NCBI GenBank assembly: GCA_945877815.1
Contig: CAMDWJ010000009.1
Coordinates: forward strand, 8,130 to 72,129
Direction of reading: 5' to 3'
Origin: Caenispirillum bisanense
GTDB taxonomy: Bacteria; Pseudomonadota; Alphaproteobacteria; Rhodospirillales; UBA2165
DNA: 64,000 nucleotides
Shown here: positions 1-9,161 of the stretch, piece by piece
Numbering within the stretch: the stretch's first letter is position 1
Layout of the letters: each line of letters starts with the position of its first letter
Translations under genes and position numbers: made by a program
The notes under the pieces: model-generated
The model's database searches: none
The model's input: the letters and a program-made list of their open reading frames with translations, nothing else
Told to the model about the DNA's origin: nothing

Positions 1-1668
1 TTGAGATATCGGCAGATTGCCTTGAGACGCTTCTTTAAATATCTATTCGTGCTTTTGTTGGTGGGCAATGGCGTAGTTATCGGCATTGTCTTGGAGCAAC
101 AAAAATTTCCTCCTTATTTTTACGCCAAGGAAAAATATCTTAGGTCCGAAGCGGCGGTGCTGAAATTCCTGGGACAGGTCGCTCGCTCGTCTCCGGAAAC
201 TCACGGGGCGAAACCGCCGAAGATTATAGCCGAACGGAAAATTCAAAGTACCTTGCTGCCACTCATGATTCGGGGGGTACAACTCAATGCCTTTTTCGGT
301 TCGCCGACCGAGGCTGGTGGCATCGCGGTCATTGGTGACAGCGTCGTAATTTCGGATCGGCAGTCAAATTTTTATCTATCGCGTGATGCCGGGAAATCGA
401 TTGAGCGACTAGCTTTGCCGAGGGTTCCGGACAATCTCGAAAAATTCATTGAATGGGGTTTCTACGGTCGAAGCAGTCTATTTCGACTTCACGATATCGA
501 GTTTATCGCAACGAACGGTCGCCTTTTCTTGCTTGCTGCTCATGAATACTTCGATTCAAATCTGGGCGCGACAAGACTGACTTTGTCGCGAATTGAAGTC
601 GACCGTGCGTCGTTCGCTCGGCTGGGCGAATGGGAGCGTATCTTTGAAAGTACGCCCCTCAAACCGCAGAAAACATATTATGCAAATGGCGCTGGTGGCC
701 GCATTACCGTGAAGAACGATCATGCCGTCATCCTGACGATCGGCGATTATAACCAGGATGGTGTTTTCCTGCCGACTGACGGTACGGCCCCGGCCCAAGA
801 CACGTCGCAAGATTTTGGAACTATCGTTGAGATAGATGTCTTATCGGGGACGAAAACAAGACTCAGTTACGGACACCGCAATCCCCAGGGAGCTTTGGTG
901 ACGGCATCGGGACAGTTGTTGGCGACGGAACATGGTCCTCGGGGTGGAGACGAACTTAACGTGATTGTTGCCGGCAAAAACTACGGTTGGCCGAAAGTGA
1001 CGCTGGGATCCGATTATCCGGCCTACGCCTGGCCTAGCGCTACGGAGCCAGGGCGCCACCAAGATTACGAGTCTCCGTTGTTCGCATGGGTGCCGTCCAT
1101 TGCGACTTCGAACCTGATCGAGATATCGGGATTCAATTCTCGATGGAATGGGGACATCTTGGTGTCCTCCCTGAAAGCTCAAAGTTTATTTCGCTTGAGG
1201 CAGGAAGTCGGACGGGTTCTTTATTCGGAGCCGATCTGGATAGGACAACGCATTCGTGATCTCGCGCAGTTGAGGAACGGGACAATCGTCCTGTGGACAG
1301 ACGATACTCAGCTACTGTTTATCGATGTGGACGAAACAGTGTTGGCTAGTAACGCATTCGGGGGCATACAGGCAACGACTCGCGAGCTCGGCGATTGTTT
1401 GAAGTGTCATCATATGGGATTGACCACACCCGATCATCCGGCTCCGACATTGAGCAATCTAATGGGCCGAGCCGTCGCCGCAGATGCCAATTACGATCGT
1501 TATTCGACAGCACTTAAGCAAGCTGGCGGCCAATGGACGCGATCGAAATTAACACAGTTCTTGTCAAGCCCTGGGGATTTTATTCCAGGAACGAGCATGG
1601 TGATTGAACCGATCGCAGATCTAGCAAAAATCCGCAGAATAATCGATGAGATCGAGAAAACGAACTAA
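1..1668 (+). CDS. PQQ-dependent sugar dehydrogenase (GSDH/aldose dehydrogenase family) fused to C-terminal cytochrome c
   Basis: GHRNPQG, EHGPRGGDELN and GKNYGWP motifs of GSDH family; C-terminal CLKCH heme-c motif and IPGTSM cytochrome c2-like tail; N-terminal TM helix; start may lie at or before window edge. Confidence 0.8.
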   Translation: MRYRQIALRRFFKYLFVLLLVGNGVVIGIVLEQQKFPPYFYAKEKYLRSEAAVLKFLGQVARSSPETHGAKPPKIIAERKIQSTLLPLMIRGVQLNAFFGSPTEAGGIAVIGDSVVISDRQSNFYLSRDAGKSIERLALPRVPDNLEKFIEWGFYGRSSLFRLHDIEFIATNGRLFLLAAHEYFDSNLGATRLTLSRIEVDRASFARLGEWERIFESTPLKPQKTYYANGAGGRITVKNDHAVILTIGDYNQDGVFLPTDGTAPAQDTSQDFGTIVEIDVLSGTKTRLSYGHRNPQGALVTASGQLLATEHGPRGGDELNVIVAGKNYGWPKVTLGSDYPAYAWPSATEPGRHQDYESPLFAWVPSIATSNLIEISGFNSRWNGDILVSSLKAQSLFRLRQEVGRVLYSEPIWIGQRIRDLAQLRNGTIVLWTDDTQLLFIDVDETVLASNAFGGIQATTRELGDCLKCHHMGLTTPDHPAPTLSNLMGRAVAADANYDRYSTALKQAGGQWTRSKLTQFLSSPGDFIPGTSMVIEPIADLAKIRRIIDEIEKTN

Positions 1669-1694
1669 ATCTGTGACGAGGAGGGCATGCGACA

Positions 1695-2174
1695 ATGCAG
1701 TATCCGATCCGCCGGGTGGTCACCGGTCACGACCGCAACGGCAAGGCGATCGTCCTGATCGACGAGATTTCCACCAACACGATGTCGCGCCGGCCGGGGC
1801 AGACCGGCTGCGTCGTTTGGACGACCGAGGGCTTTCCGGTCGACAACGACGGCGACGAGGACGAAGCTCTGCGCCCGGTCGCGACCGGGCTTCAGAATGG
1901 TACCGTCTGCCGCATCAACAAATTCGATCCCGGTGTGTCGCCCCGCATGCACCGCACCGATACGATCGACTATGCCATCGTCATGTCGGGCGAGATCGGT
2001 ATGGAGATGGATAACGGCCTCGTCGTGCATATCAAGGCCGGCGATGTGCTGGTGCAGCGCGGCACGGTGCACAATTGGATCAATAAGGGTTCCGAGCCCT
2101 GCATCATCGCTTTCATCCTGATCGATGCGAAGCCGGTCGAAATCGACGGCAAGCGGCTTGGCGCGGTCGGCTGA
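1695..2174 (+). CDS. cupin domain protein
   Basis: RRVVTGHD N-terminus, MHRTDTIDY and GDVLVQRGTVHNW cupin motifs; GAGG SD upstream. Confidence 0.85.
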   Translation: MQYPIRRVVTGHDRNGKAIVLIDEISTNTMSRRPGQTGCVVWTTEGFPVDNDGDEDEALRPVATGLQNGTVCRINKFDPGVSPRMHRTDTIDYAIVMSGEIGMEMDNGLVVHIKAGDVLVQRGTVHNWINKGSEPCIIAFILIDAKPVEIDGKRLGAVG

Positions 2175-3397
2175 TGGCGGCTCCACTCGCCGGCCTTCGC
2201 GTTCTCGATCTGTCGCGCGTTCTAGCCGGGCCTTGGTGTGGTCAGATTTTCGCCGACCTTGGCGCCGAGGTCATCAAAATCGAGCGTCCGGGACGCGGCG
2301 ACGACACGCGCGAGTGGGGCCCGCCTTGGCTCAAGGACAAGGACGGGACCGAGACGCACGAATCTGCCTATTTTCTGTCGGCCAATCGCGGCAAGCGCTC
2401 TGTCACGGTGGATATCACTAAGGATGCCGGCCGCGACCTAGTTCGCGATCTTGCGCGCATGTCCGATATCCTGATCGAGAACTATAAGGTCGGCGATCTC
2501 GATGCCAAGGGGCTCGGCTACGCCGATATGGCCAAGGTCAATCCCGGCATCATCTATTGCTCGATCAGCGGTTTCGGTCAGACCGGGCCACGCGCCAAGG
2601 AGCCGGGCTACGATTATTTAGCGCAAGGAATGGGCGGCTTCATGAGCATTACCGGCGTTGCCGATGGCGAACCGGGGGCGGGTCCGCAGCGCGCCGGTCT
2701 CGCGGTCGCGGATCTCACGACCGGCATGTATTCGGTGATTGGGATCTTGGCGGCGCTCCGCCATCGCGACGCCACCGGGCGTGGCCAGCGGCTCGACATG
2801 GCTTTGCTGGATACGCAGGTCGGCTGGCTCGCCAACCAGGCGCAGAATTATTTCACCAGCGGGCAGATGCCGGTGCGCACCGGATCGTGGCATCCCAATC
2901 TGGCACCCTATCAGCCGTTCAAGACAGGCGATGGTTACGTCATCATGGCGGTTGGGAACGATCTCCAATTCGAACGGCTGTGCAACTTCATCGGCCGGCC
3001 CGAACTTGTGCGCGACGTTCGCTTCGCGACCAATCCGGCGCGGGTCGCCCATCGCATCGCGCTTGCCGAGGAAATCGAGGCAGTGATGGTGACCCATGCG
3101 AGTGCGCATTGGCTTGCCGTTCTGCCAAAGGCAGGCGTGCCGTGCGGCGCGGTCAATACCATCGACAAAGTGTTCGAGGAGCCGCAGGTGATCGAGCGCG
3201 GCATGAAGGTGATGATGGATCATCCGAAAGGCGGCGCGATCCCGACCGTCGCATTGCCGATCAAATTCTCCGAGAGTACCGTCGACTACGCGCTGCCGCC
3301 GCCTCTGCTCGGCGAGCATACCGACGATGTGCTTTCCCGGTTGTTGAAAATGGATGCCGCCGCGATTGCCAGGCTCAGAGCGTCAGGGGCTATTTAG
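2174..3397 (+). CDS. CaiB/BaiF family (class III) CoA transferase
   Basis: LAGLRVLDLSRVLAGPW, ADLGAEVIKIERP, NRGKRS, PPPLLGEHT; TGATG coupling to cupin gene. Confidence 0.92.
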   Translation: MAAPLAGLRVLDLSRVLAGPWCGQIFADLGAEVIKIERPGRGDDTREWGPPWLKDKDGTETHESAYFLSANRGKRSVTVDITKDAGRDLVRDLARMSDILIENYKVGDLDAKGLGYADMAKVNPGIIYCSISGFGQTGPRAKEPGYDYLAQGMGGFMSITGVADGEPGAGPQRAGLAVADLTTGMYSVIGILAALRHRDATGRGQRLDMALLDTQVGWLANQAQNYFTSGQMPVRTGSWHPNLAPYQPFKTGDGYVIMAVGNDLQFERLCNFIGRPELVRDVRFATNPARVAHRIALAEEIEAVMVTHASAHWLAVLPKAGVPCGAVNTIDKVFEEPQVIERGMKVMMDHPKGGAIPTVALPIKFSESTVDYALPPPLLGEHTDDVLSRLLKMDAAAIARLRASGAI

Positions 3398-4097
3398 CCG
3401 CGTTCAGCAAAATTTCGACCAGCTTCTCGGGCTCGTCCACCATGACATCGTGGCCGCAGGGCACGCCGACGACCTCCCATCGCGGATCGGTCATTAGTCG
3501 CGCGGCGATAGGCGCGAAGGGCGAGGGATCGTAGCCCTCGGCGCGCACATAGATCGCCTTGCGGACATTTTCCCATGGCCTCCGATGATTCAGCGGTTGG
3601 CTCATCGTCGCCGAGGGATGCGGTGTCGTGCGGCGATCGACCCAGGTTTGGTCAGCGGCGGTGCGGACCTTCCATGAGGAAGCCGGCGGCGATTCGCTCA
3701 TCCATCCGCCAGGACTCTGCTGGCGTAGCAATCTCTGGCGATCGGTCGGCAGGCAGTCGATCAGGGATTGGTTGGGTTCGGGTATGAAGGCATCGAGATA
3801 GACAAGACTATCGATGCGGCCGCGCCGCACAGAATCGGCTGCGCCAGTAATAACCATGCCGCCGTAGCTGTGTCCGCACAGCACAATCGTGTCCAACTCC
3901 TCGGCTTCGATGACGCCGACGACGTCGCGCACATGTGTGATCAGATTAATCTGGGGATCGAGAAGATGGGCGCGCTCGCCCAAACCGGTCAGGGTCGGCG
4001 TAAAGACCTTGTGCCCGAGGCGGCGTAACGGGTCGGCGACACGCGGCCAACACCAGCCGCCATGCCATGCACCGTGGACGAGCACAAAATTCGCCAT
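3390..4097 (-). CDS. alpha/beta hydrolase (esterase-like)
   Basis: FVLVHGAWHGGWCW, GHSYGG nucleophile elbow, GHDVM catalytic His. Confidence 0.9.
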   Translation of the reverse strand: MANFVLVHGAWHGGWCWPRVADPLRRLGHKVFTPTLTGLGERAHLLDPQINLITHVRDVVGVIEAEELDTIVLCGHSYGGMVITGAADSVRRGRIDSLVYLDAFIPEPNQSLIDCLPTDRQRLLRQQSPGGWMSESPPASSWKVRTAADQTWVDRRTTPHPSATMSQPLNHRRPWENVRKAIYVRAEGYDPSPFAPIAARLMTDPRWEVVGVPCGHDVMVDEPEKLVEILLNAAK

Positions 4098-4145
4098 ATT
4101 TTATCGCCCCATTTGTTGCAGGGATTTTCGGGCGGAAACTACCGA

Positions 4146-4158
4146 ATGTACATATGTA
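4146..4158. promoter_or_regulatory. short palindromic site upstream of hydrolase gene (possible operator)
   Basis: overlapping palindromes ATGTACAT and TACATATGTA in an AT-rich intergenic gap. Confidence 0.25.
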
Positions 4159-4180
4159 GATATACCAGCGGGTTTTGCGG

Positions 4181-5350
4181 TCAATTTTCGATCTGATCGA
4201 TCAAATGGGTGACGCGATGCTCCCAACTCCAGCGTTCCATCGCCAGTGCGGCTTGTTGACCGCGTGCACGCGCGGTTTCGCGGTCGCGATAGATCGTTTC
4301 CAAGGTTTCGACGAGCTCGTCGATATCGCTCTCGCCCCAGCCATCCGTCGCCGGAAACCGTTTGCTTCCCTTGGCGTTCCCTTGAGTGGCAAGGGGCCAG
4401 CACGGAACACTTTCGATCAAATCAAGATGCCCGGTATTGGCCGAGAGAATTGTGGGAAGCCCGCAGGCGAGGCATTCCATCGCAGCGAGATTCGTGCCGC
4501 CCTCGGCACGGCTGGCGAAAACGGCGGCATCGCATTCGCGGATCAGGGTCGGAAGATCCTTGTTCGGAACCAAGCCGCATTCGACGAAGGAATCGTCGGG
4601 AAGTCCCTCGTTCGTCATCCACTGGCCGACATTCAAGCCGCGGCCGTTCTGTGCCCGCGTCGGTTCGCGTTTGGAGAGGCCGGCCGTGGTGATTTCCACG
4701 CCGATCTCGGAATACATGTTTTGCCAATTGGCGATCAACACAGCGTCCTTATGGCGCGCATGGAATTTCTTGAAGGCGGCGAGGACGATGTCCTGCCCCT
4801 TTCGGTATTCGAGCTTGCCGCCGGCGAAGATGGCAAAGCGATCGACGAAGAAACCGCGTCGGGGTGCCGCGTGGAACAGTGCGGTATCGATCCCTTGATG
4901 GGCGAGGCGCGATTCGGTCACGCCGGCTGCGGCCAAGACGTCGCGATTCCATTTCGAACCGGTCAGCACGAGCGGGAATGCATTGGCGCGGGCGATACCC
5001 TCGGCCGTGAAACGGGCGTTTTCGAAGAAGATAAAGCAGACTTCGCGCTTTCCAGTTATGGCGGGCGAGCCGAACAGTTCGAAGTCGAACACGGCGGGCT
5101 GGATCACGGTGGCATTGACGGTGACCTTTGTGCCCTTTTTGCCGGCCAACTGGCGTTCGAGGGTTTGGGCTTGGGTGATGGCGTCGCGCAGCAACAGGGC
5201 GCGGGGTAGATCGAGTTCAAGCGCGGCGGGCGCCTGCAGCAAGGCAACCGCGCGGGCACCGGTCCGCTTGAGTTCCAAGGCGAGGTTGAGTCCGAACACG
5301 CCCCAGCCGTGAAAACTGCTGATGGCCCAATTTATGCCGATACCGTCCAT
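4181..5350 (-). CDS. glycosyltransferase family 4 (GT-B)
   Basis: GGKLEYRKGQD and AEGGTNLAAMECLACG (E-x7-E) motifs; start reassigned to MDGIGINW (5350) to avoid overlap with the divergent gene. Confidence 0.82.
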   Translation of the reverse strand: MDGIGINWAISSFHGWGVFGLNLALELKRTGARAVALLQAPAALELDLPRALLLRDAITQAQTLERQLAGKKGTKVTVNATVIQPAVFDFELFGSPAITGKREVCFIFFENARFTAEGIARANAFPLVLTGSKWNRDVLAAAGVTESRLAHQGIDTALFHAAPRRGFFVDRFAIFAGGKLEYRKGQDIVLAAFKKFHARHKDAVLIANWQNMYSEIGVEITTAGLSKREPTRAQNGRGLNVGQWMTNEGLPDDSFVECGLVPNKDLPTLIRECDAAVFASRAEGGTNLAAMECLACGLPTILSANTGHLDLIESVPCWPLATQGNAKGSKRFPATDGWGESDIDELVETLETIYRDRETARARGQQAALAMERWSWEHRVTHLIDQIEN

Positions 5351-5456
5351 GGCTCGTGTCGTCCCCCGCGATTCGAATTGCAGCCTAAGGCCAGACGACG
5401 AGACGCGGCAAGCACGGGGCTCGCATTTACAAGGAGCGTCTCTATAATGCGCGCCC

Positions 5457-7109
5457 ATGCAAAGCGAGTTAGCGCAAATCCACGGCCATTTGCAGCGCGG
5501 GGAACTGCTCCAGGCGGAGACGTTGTGCCGCGAAGCCATGCGCCGCAATCCCTTCGACGCCACCCTCGTCGATATTCTGGGTGTGATCGCACGCGGACGC
5601 GGCGATTCGCTGAAGGCGATCGAATATTTCAAGAATGCTGCAGCAATGGCGCCGTCGATGGGCCTCTTTCAATGCCATCTCGCATTGGCGTTGAAGGCGG
5701 AGGGACGAAACGACGAGGCGCGCGCGGCGTTCGACAGCGCGTGCCTGACCGATCCAAGCTCCTTCGAGACGGCTTATAATTATGCGTTGTTTCTGCATGA
5801 ATTGGGGGAGGACGAAGCCGCCATCTCCCAGAGCCGCCGCGCCGTTGAAATCGATCCGAAACACGCGGGCGCGCATAACAATCTGGGGACCGCGCTGCAA
5901 AGCGCCGGCCGTTTCGAGGAAGCGGCCAATTCTTATCGCCAGGCAATCCGGCTCGATCCCAACCACGCGAATGCCCATGCCAATCTCGGGACCGCCCTGG
6001 CCGAGGCCGATCAGATCGAGGCGTCACTGCGCGGGATCGAGCGTGCCCTTAAGCGTTGGCCGAAAAATACCGACGTTCTGAATGCGCGCGTCAATGCGCT
6101 GATGCGTCGCAACGACTTTGTCGGCGCATTGACTGCCGCCGAGGCGGTCCTGGCGGTCGAGCCCGATCACGCCCAGGCGCATTACTGCAAGGGCATGATC
6201 CTCTTGGCAGAGGGGCGATTGGACGAAGGGTTCACCGAATACGAATGGCGCGTGAGACGGGCCGATTTCTGGCCGAAGCGGCGCTATCGCAAGCCGCGGT
6301 GGAACGGCGAACCGCTCGCCGGCAAAACTTTGCTCGTGCATTGGGAACAGGGCTTCGGGGATATTATCCAATTCTGCCGCTATCTGCCGTTATTGCGCGC
6401 CTTCTGTGCCGCGAGCCCGCTCCATGCCGGCGCACGCATCGTGTTTGATTGCCCCAAGCGCCTGATCGATCTTATCGAGACGTGCGGCGGTTTCGACGAG
6501 ATCGGGGATTACAGTGCATCTCCGCCGCCCTTCGATGTTTATGTGCCCTTGATGAGTCTGCCAAAGATTTTGGGGACCGTAGCCGATACCATTCCGGCGC
6601 CGGTTCCTTATCTCAAAGCCGCGCCTGCCGACGACGTCATCGTGGCCGACGCGAATTTCAAGATCGGTCTGACCTGGGCCTCCGAACACGGCGAAAGCTA
6701 CCGGCGCAAGGTGATGGCGATCACCGACTTTGCGGCTCTGTTCGCCAACAACAGGTGCGACTTCTACGGGCTTCAGTTCGGCGCCGAGGGGGCGACGATC
6801 GAACCGTATGTCGGATCCAACGTCACGAACCTTGGCGATCAATTGGGGGACTTCGCCCATACGGCGGGCGTGATCGCGAAGATGGACCTGATTTTGTCGA
6901 TCGATACCTATATCGTCCACCTGGCTGGCGCCCTGAATATACCGACATGGGTCTTGCTGCCTTATTCGCCGGATTGGCGCTGGGGCCAGGGGCGCGCCGA
7001 CTCGCCTTGGTATCCGAGCCTGCGTTTGTTTCGTCAGCCGAAACCTGGCGATTGGACTGCGGTTATCAAGGATGTGGGACGCGCCTTGAATGCTTCCGCC
7101 CCGGCTTGA
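5457..7109 (+). CDS. TPR-repeat protein with C-terminal GT9-like glycosyltransferase domain
   Basis: multiple TPRs (AHNNLGTAL, AHANLGTAL), EQGFGDIIQFCRY, SIDTYIVHLAGAL, DWRW, SPWYPSLRLFRQ. Confidence 0.88.
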   Translation: MQSELAQIHGHLQRGELLQAETLCREAMRRNPFDATLVDILGVIARGRGDSLKAIEYFKNAAAMAPSMGLFQCHLALALKAEGRNDEARAAFDSACLTDPSSFETAYNYALFLHELGEDEAAISQSRRAVEIDPKHAGAHNNLGTALQSAGRFEEAANSYRQAIRLDPNHANAHANLGTALAEADQIEASLRGIERALKRWPKNTDVLNARVNALMRRNDFVGALTAAEAVLAVEPDHAQAHYCKGMILLAEGRLDEGFTEYEWRVRRADFWPKRRYRKPRWNGEPLAGKTLLVHWEQGFGDIIQFCRYLPLLRAFCAASPLHAGARIVFDCPKRLIDLIETCGGFDEIGDYSASPPPFDVYVPLMSLPKILGTVADTIPAPVPYLKAAPADDVIVADANFKIGLTWASEHGESYRRKVMAITDFAALFANNRCDFYGLQFGAEGATIEPYVGSNVTNLGDQLGDFAHTAGVIAKMDLILSIDTYIVHLAGALNIPTWVLLPYSPDWRWGQGRADSPWYPSLRLFRQPKPGDWTAVIKDVGRALNASAPA

Positions 7110-7133
7110 TACCGCGCACGGCACCTGCGCAGA

Positions 7134-9161
7134 ATGCGCCCCATGCTGCTCTATGCCCCGACGATCTTCATCAGCGCCTTCCTGCTGTTTCTGATCCAAC
7201 CAATCATCGCCAAGCAGATCCTGCCCTGGTTTGGCGGCTCCGCCTCGGTCTGGACGACGGCGATGGTCTTTTTCCAGGTCACGCTTCTGGCCGGCTATGC
7301 CTATTGCGACGTAGTCACGCGGTTGTTGAACCGGCGTACCCAGGTCATCGTCCATATCGTTCTGCTGGTTGCCTCCTTGGCATTCCTGCCGGTCATGGCG
7401 GATGCCAGTTGGAAGCCGTTGGGCACGGAAAATCCGAGTGTGCGGATCATCGGGCTTTTGCTGGCCACCATCGGTTTGCCGTTTTTCCTGCTCTCCTCGA
7501 CGGGACCGCTAGTGCAGGCTTGGTTTGCGCGCTCGTTCGCGGAGCGGCGCGTCTATCGGCTCTTCGCTTTGTCGAATCTCGCGTCGCTATTGGGGTTGGT
7601 TGCTTATCCCTTTCTGATCGAGCCCTGGATCACGATGGACCATCAGGTCCTGATCTGGTCGGTGGGTTATGCGATCTTCGCGATAAGTTGTGCGGGCGCC
7701 GCCTATTCCAGTCTGTCTCAGGGTGCATCGAAAATTGCGGCCGCGATCGATGAGCCGGCCGCGGAAGCGCCGCCGAGCGTTGGACGCATGGCGATCTGGG
7801 TTGCACTGGCGGCGCTGGGCTCGCTTCTGTTGCTCGCCACCACCAATCATATTACGCGCGATATAGCGTCGATCCCGTTCCTGTGGATCGTTCCGCTGTC
7901 GCTCTATCTGTTGACCTTCGTGCTGTGCTTCGACAGCGACCGTTGGTATAGACGCTGGCTCTTTCTGCCGTTGGTCGCGGCTATCCTGGTCGCCAGCGCC
8001 TGGGGACTGCAATCGTCCTCGGTGACCTACAATATCAAAATTTCGCTGCCGCTCTATGTCTTGGGTATGTTCGTGCTGTGCATGTTCGCGCATGGCGAAT
8101 TGGCCTCCGACCGGCCGGCACCGAAATATTTGACGCGGTTTTACCTGATGGTCTCGCTGGGCGGCGCGATCGGCGGATTGTTCGTCGGCCTGATCGCACC
8201 GTATGTGTTCCCGGATTACTTCGAACTGGGCCTTGGCTACGTGCTGCTGGCGCTGGTCGCAATCGCCGTGCTGCGTTCGCGTGGGGTTGTCGTAATGGGC
8301 GCTGCGGCGGGCGTATCGATTGCCTGCTCGGTTTTCTTCGCACTGCATATTCACGGCGAGGTTAAAGGCAGCCGCGTTCTGGTGCGTAATTTCTATGCGA
8401 CTTTGCAGACGCACGACACCAATGCCGATCCGGCCGTCGGGTTCGGCACGCGGGTGCTGATCGACGGAGTCATTATTCACGGTGAACAATATCTCGACGG
8501 TCCGCTGCGCACCCAGCCTGTGACCTATTACGGCGTGAGTTCGGGTGTGGGACGGGTTATGGACGTCAAACGCGAAGAGCCCCGCAAGGTGGCTGTGATC
8601 GGGCTTGGCGCGGGCACCATGGCGGCGTTCGGCAAGGCCGGCGACGAATATTGGTTCTACGAGATCAATCCGCAAATTTTCGATGTCGCGGATACGGAAT
8701 TCAGCTATTTGCGGGATTCCAAGGCGACAGTGATGCGCGTGCTGGGCGATGCTCGGTTGAGCTTGGAGCGCGAAGAAGGCCATGGCTTCGACGTCATGGT
8801 CATCGATGCGTTCTCAAGCGACTCGGTGCCGATGCATCTGTTGAGCGCCGAGGCGATGGAAGTTTATCTCAAACATCTGGCTCCCGACGGCGTGATCGCC
8901 TTCAACGTCACCAACCGTTATTTGAATCTGACGCCGCCGATCCAGCGCATCGCGCAAGAATATGGGCTGGTCTCGACCTATGTCAGCGACGAGCCGACCG
9001 ATCGTATCCACTACGATTCGGAATTCGTATTGGTCACGCGCGACCCTGCCGTCTTGAACGATCCGCGTATCGCGGGGGGGATCAGCGCGGTTGAGGAAAT
9101 TCCCAATATCGGCGTGTGGACCGACAACTTCAACAATCTGTTCCGTATCCGGCGGTTCTAG
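7134..9161 (+). CDS. fused multi-TM / spermidine synthase-like methyltransferase
   Basis: ~13 hydrophobic helices then VIGLGAGT SAM-binding motif, GDARL, DAFSSDSVPMHL, WTDNF. Confidence 0.85.
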   Translation: MRPMLLYAPTIFISAFLLFLIQPIIAKQILPWFGGSASVWTTAMVFFQVTLLAGYAYCDVVTRLLNRRTQVIVHIVLLVASLAFLPVMADASWKPLGTENPSVRIIGLLLATIGLPFFLLSSTGPLVQAWFARSFAERRVYRLFALSNLASLLGLVAYPFLIEPWITMDHQVLIWSVGYAIFAISCAGAAYSSLSQGASKIAAAIDEPAAEAPPSVGRMAIWVALAALGSLLLLATTNHITRDIASIPFLWIVPLSLYLLTFVLCFDSDRWYRRWLFLPLVAAILVASAWGLQSSSVTYNIKISLPLYVLGMFVLCMFAHGELASDRPAPKYLTRFYLMVSLGGAIGGLFVGLIAPYVFPDYFELGLGYVLLALVAIAVLRSRGVVVMGAAAGVSIACSVFFALHIHGEVKGSRVLVRNFYATLQTHDTNADPAVGFGTRVLIDGVIIHGEQYLDGPLRTQPVTYYGVSSGVGRVMDVKREEPRKVAVIGLGAGTMAAFGKAGDEYWFYEINPQIFDVADTEFSYLRDSKATVMRVLGDARLSLEREEGHGFDVMVIDAFSSDSVPMHLLSAEAMEVYLKHLAPDGVIAFNVTNRYLNLTPPIQRIAQEYGLVSTYVSDEPTDRIHYDSEFVLVTRDPAVLNDPRIAGGISAVEEIPNIGVWTDNFNNLFRIRRF

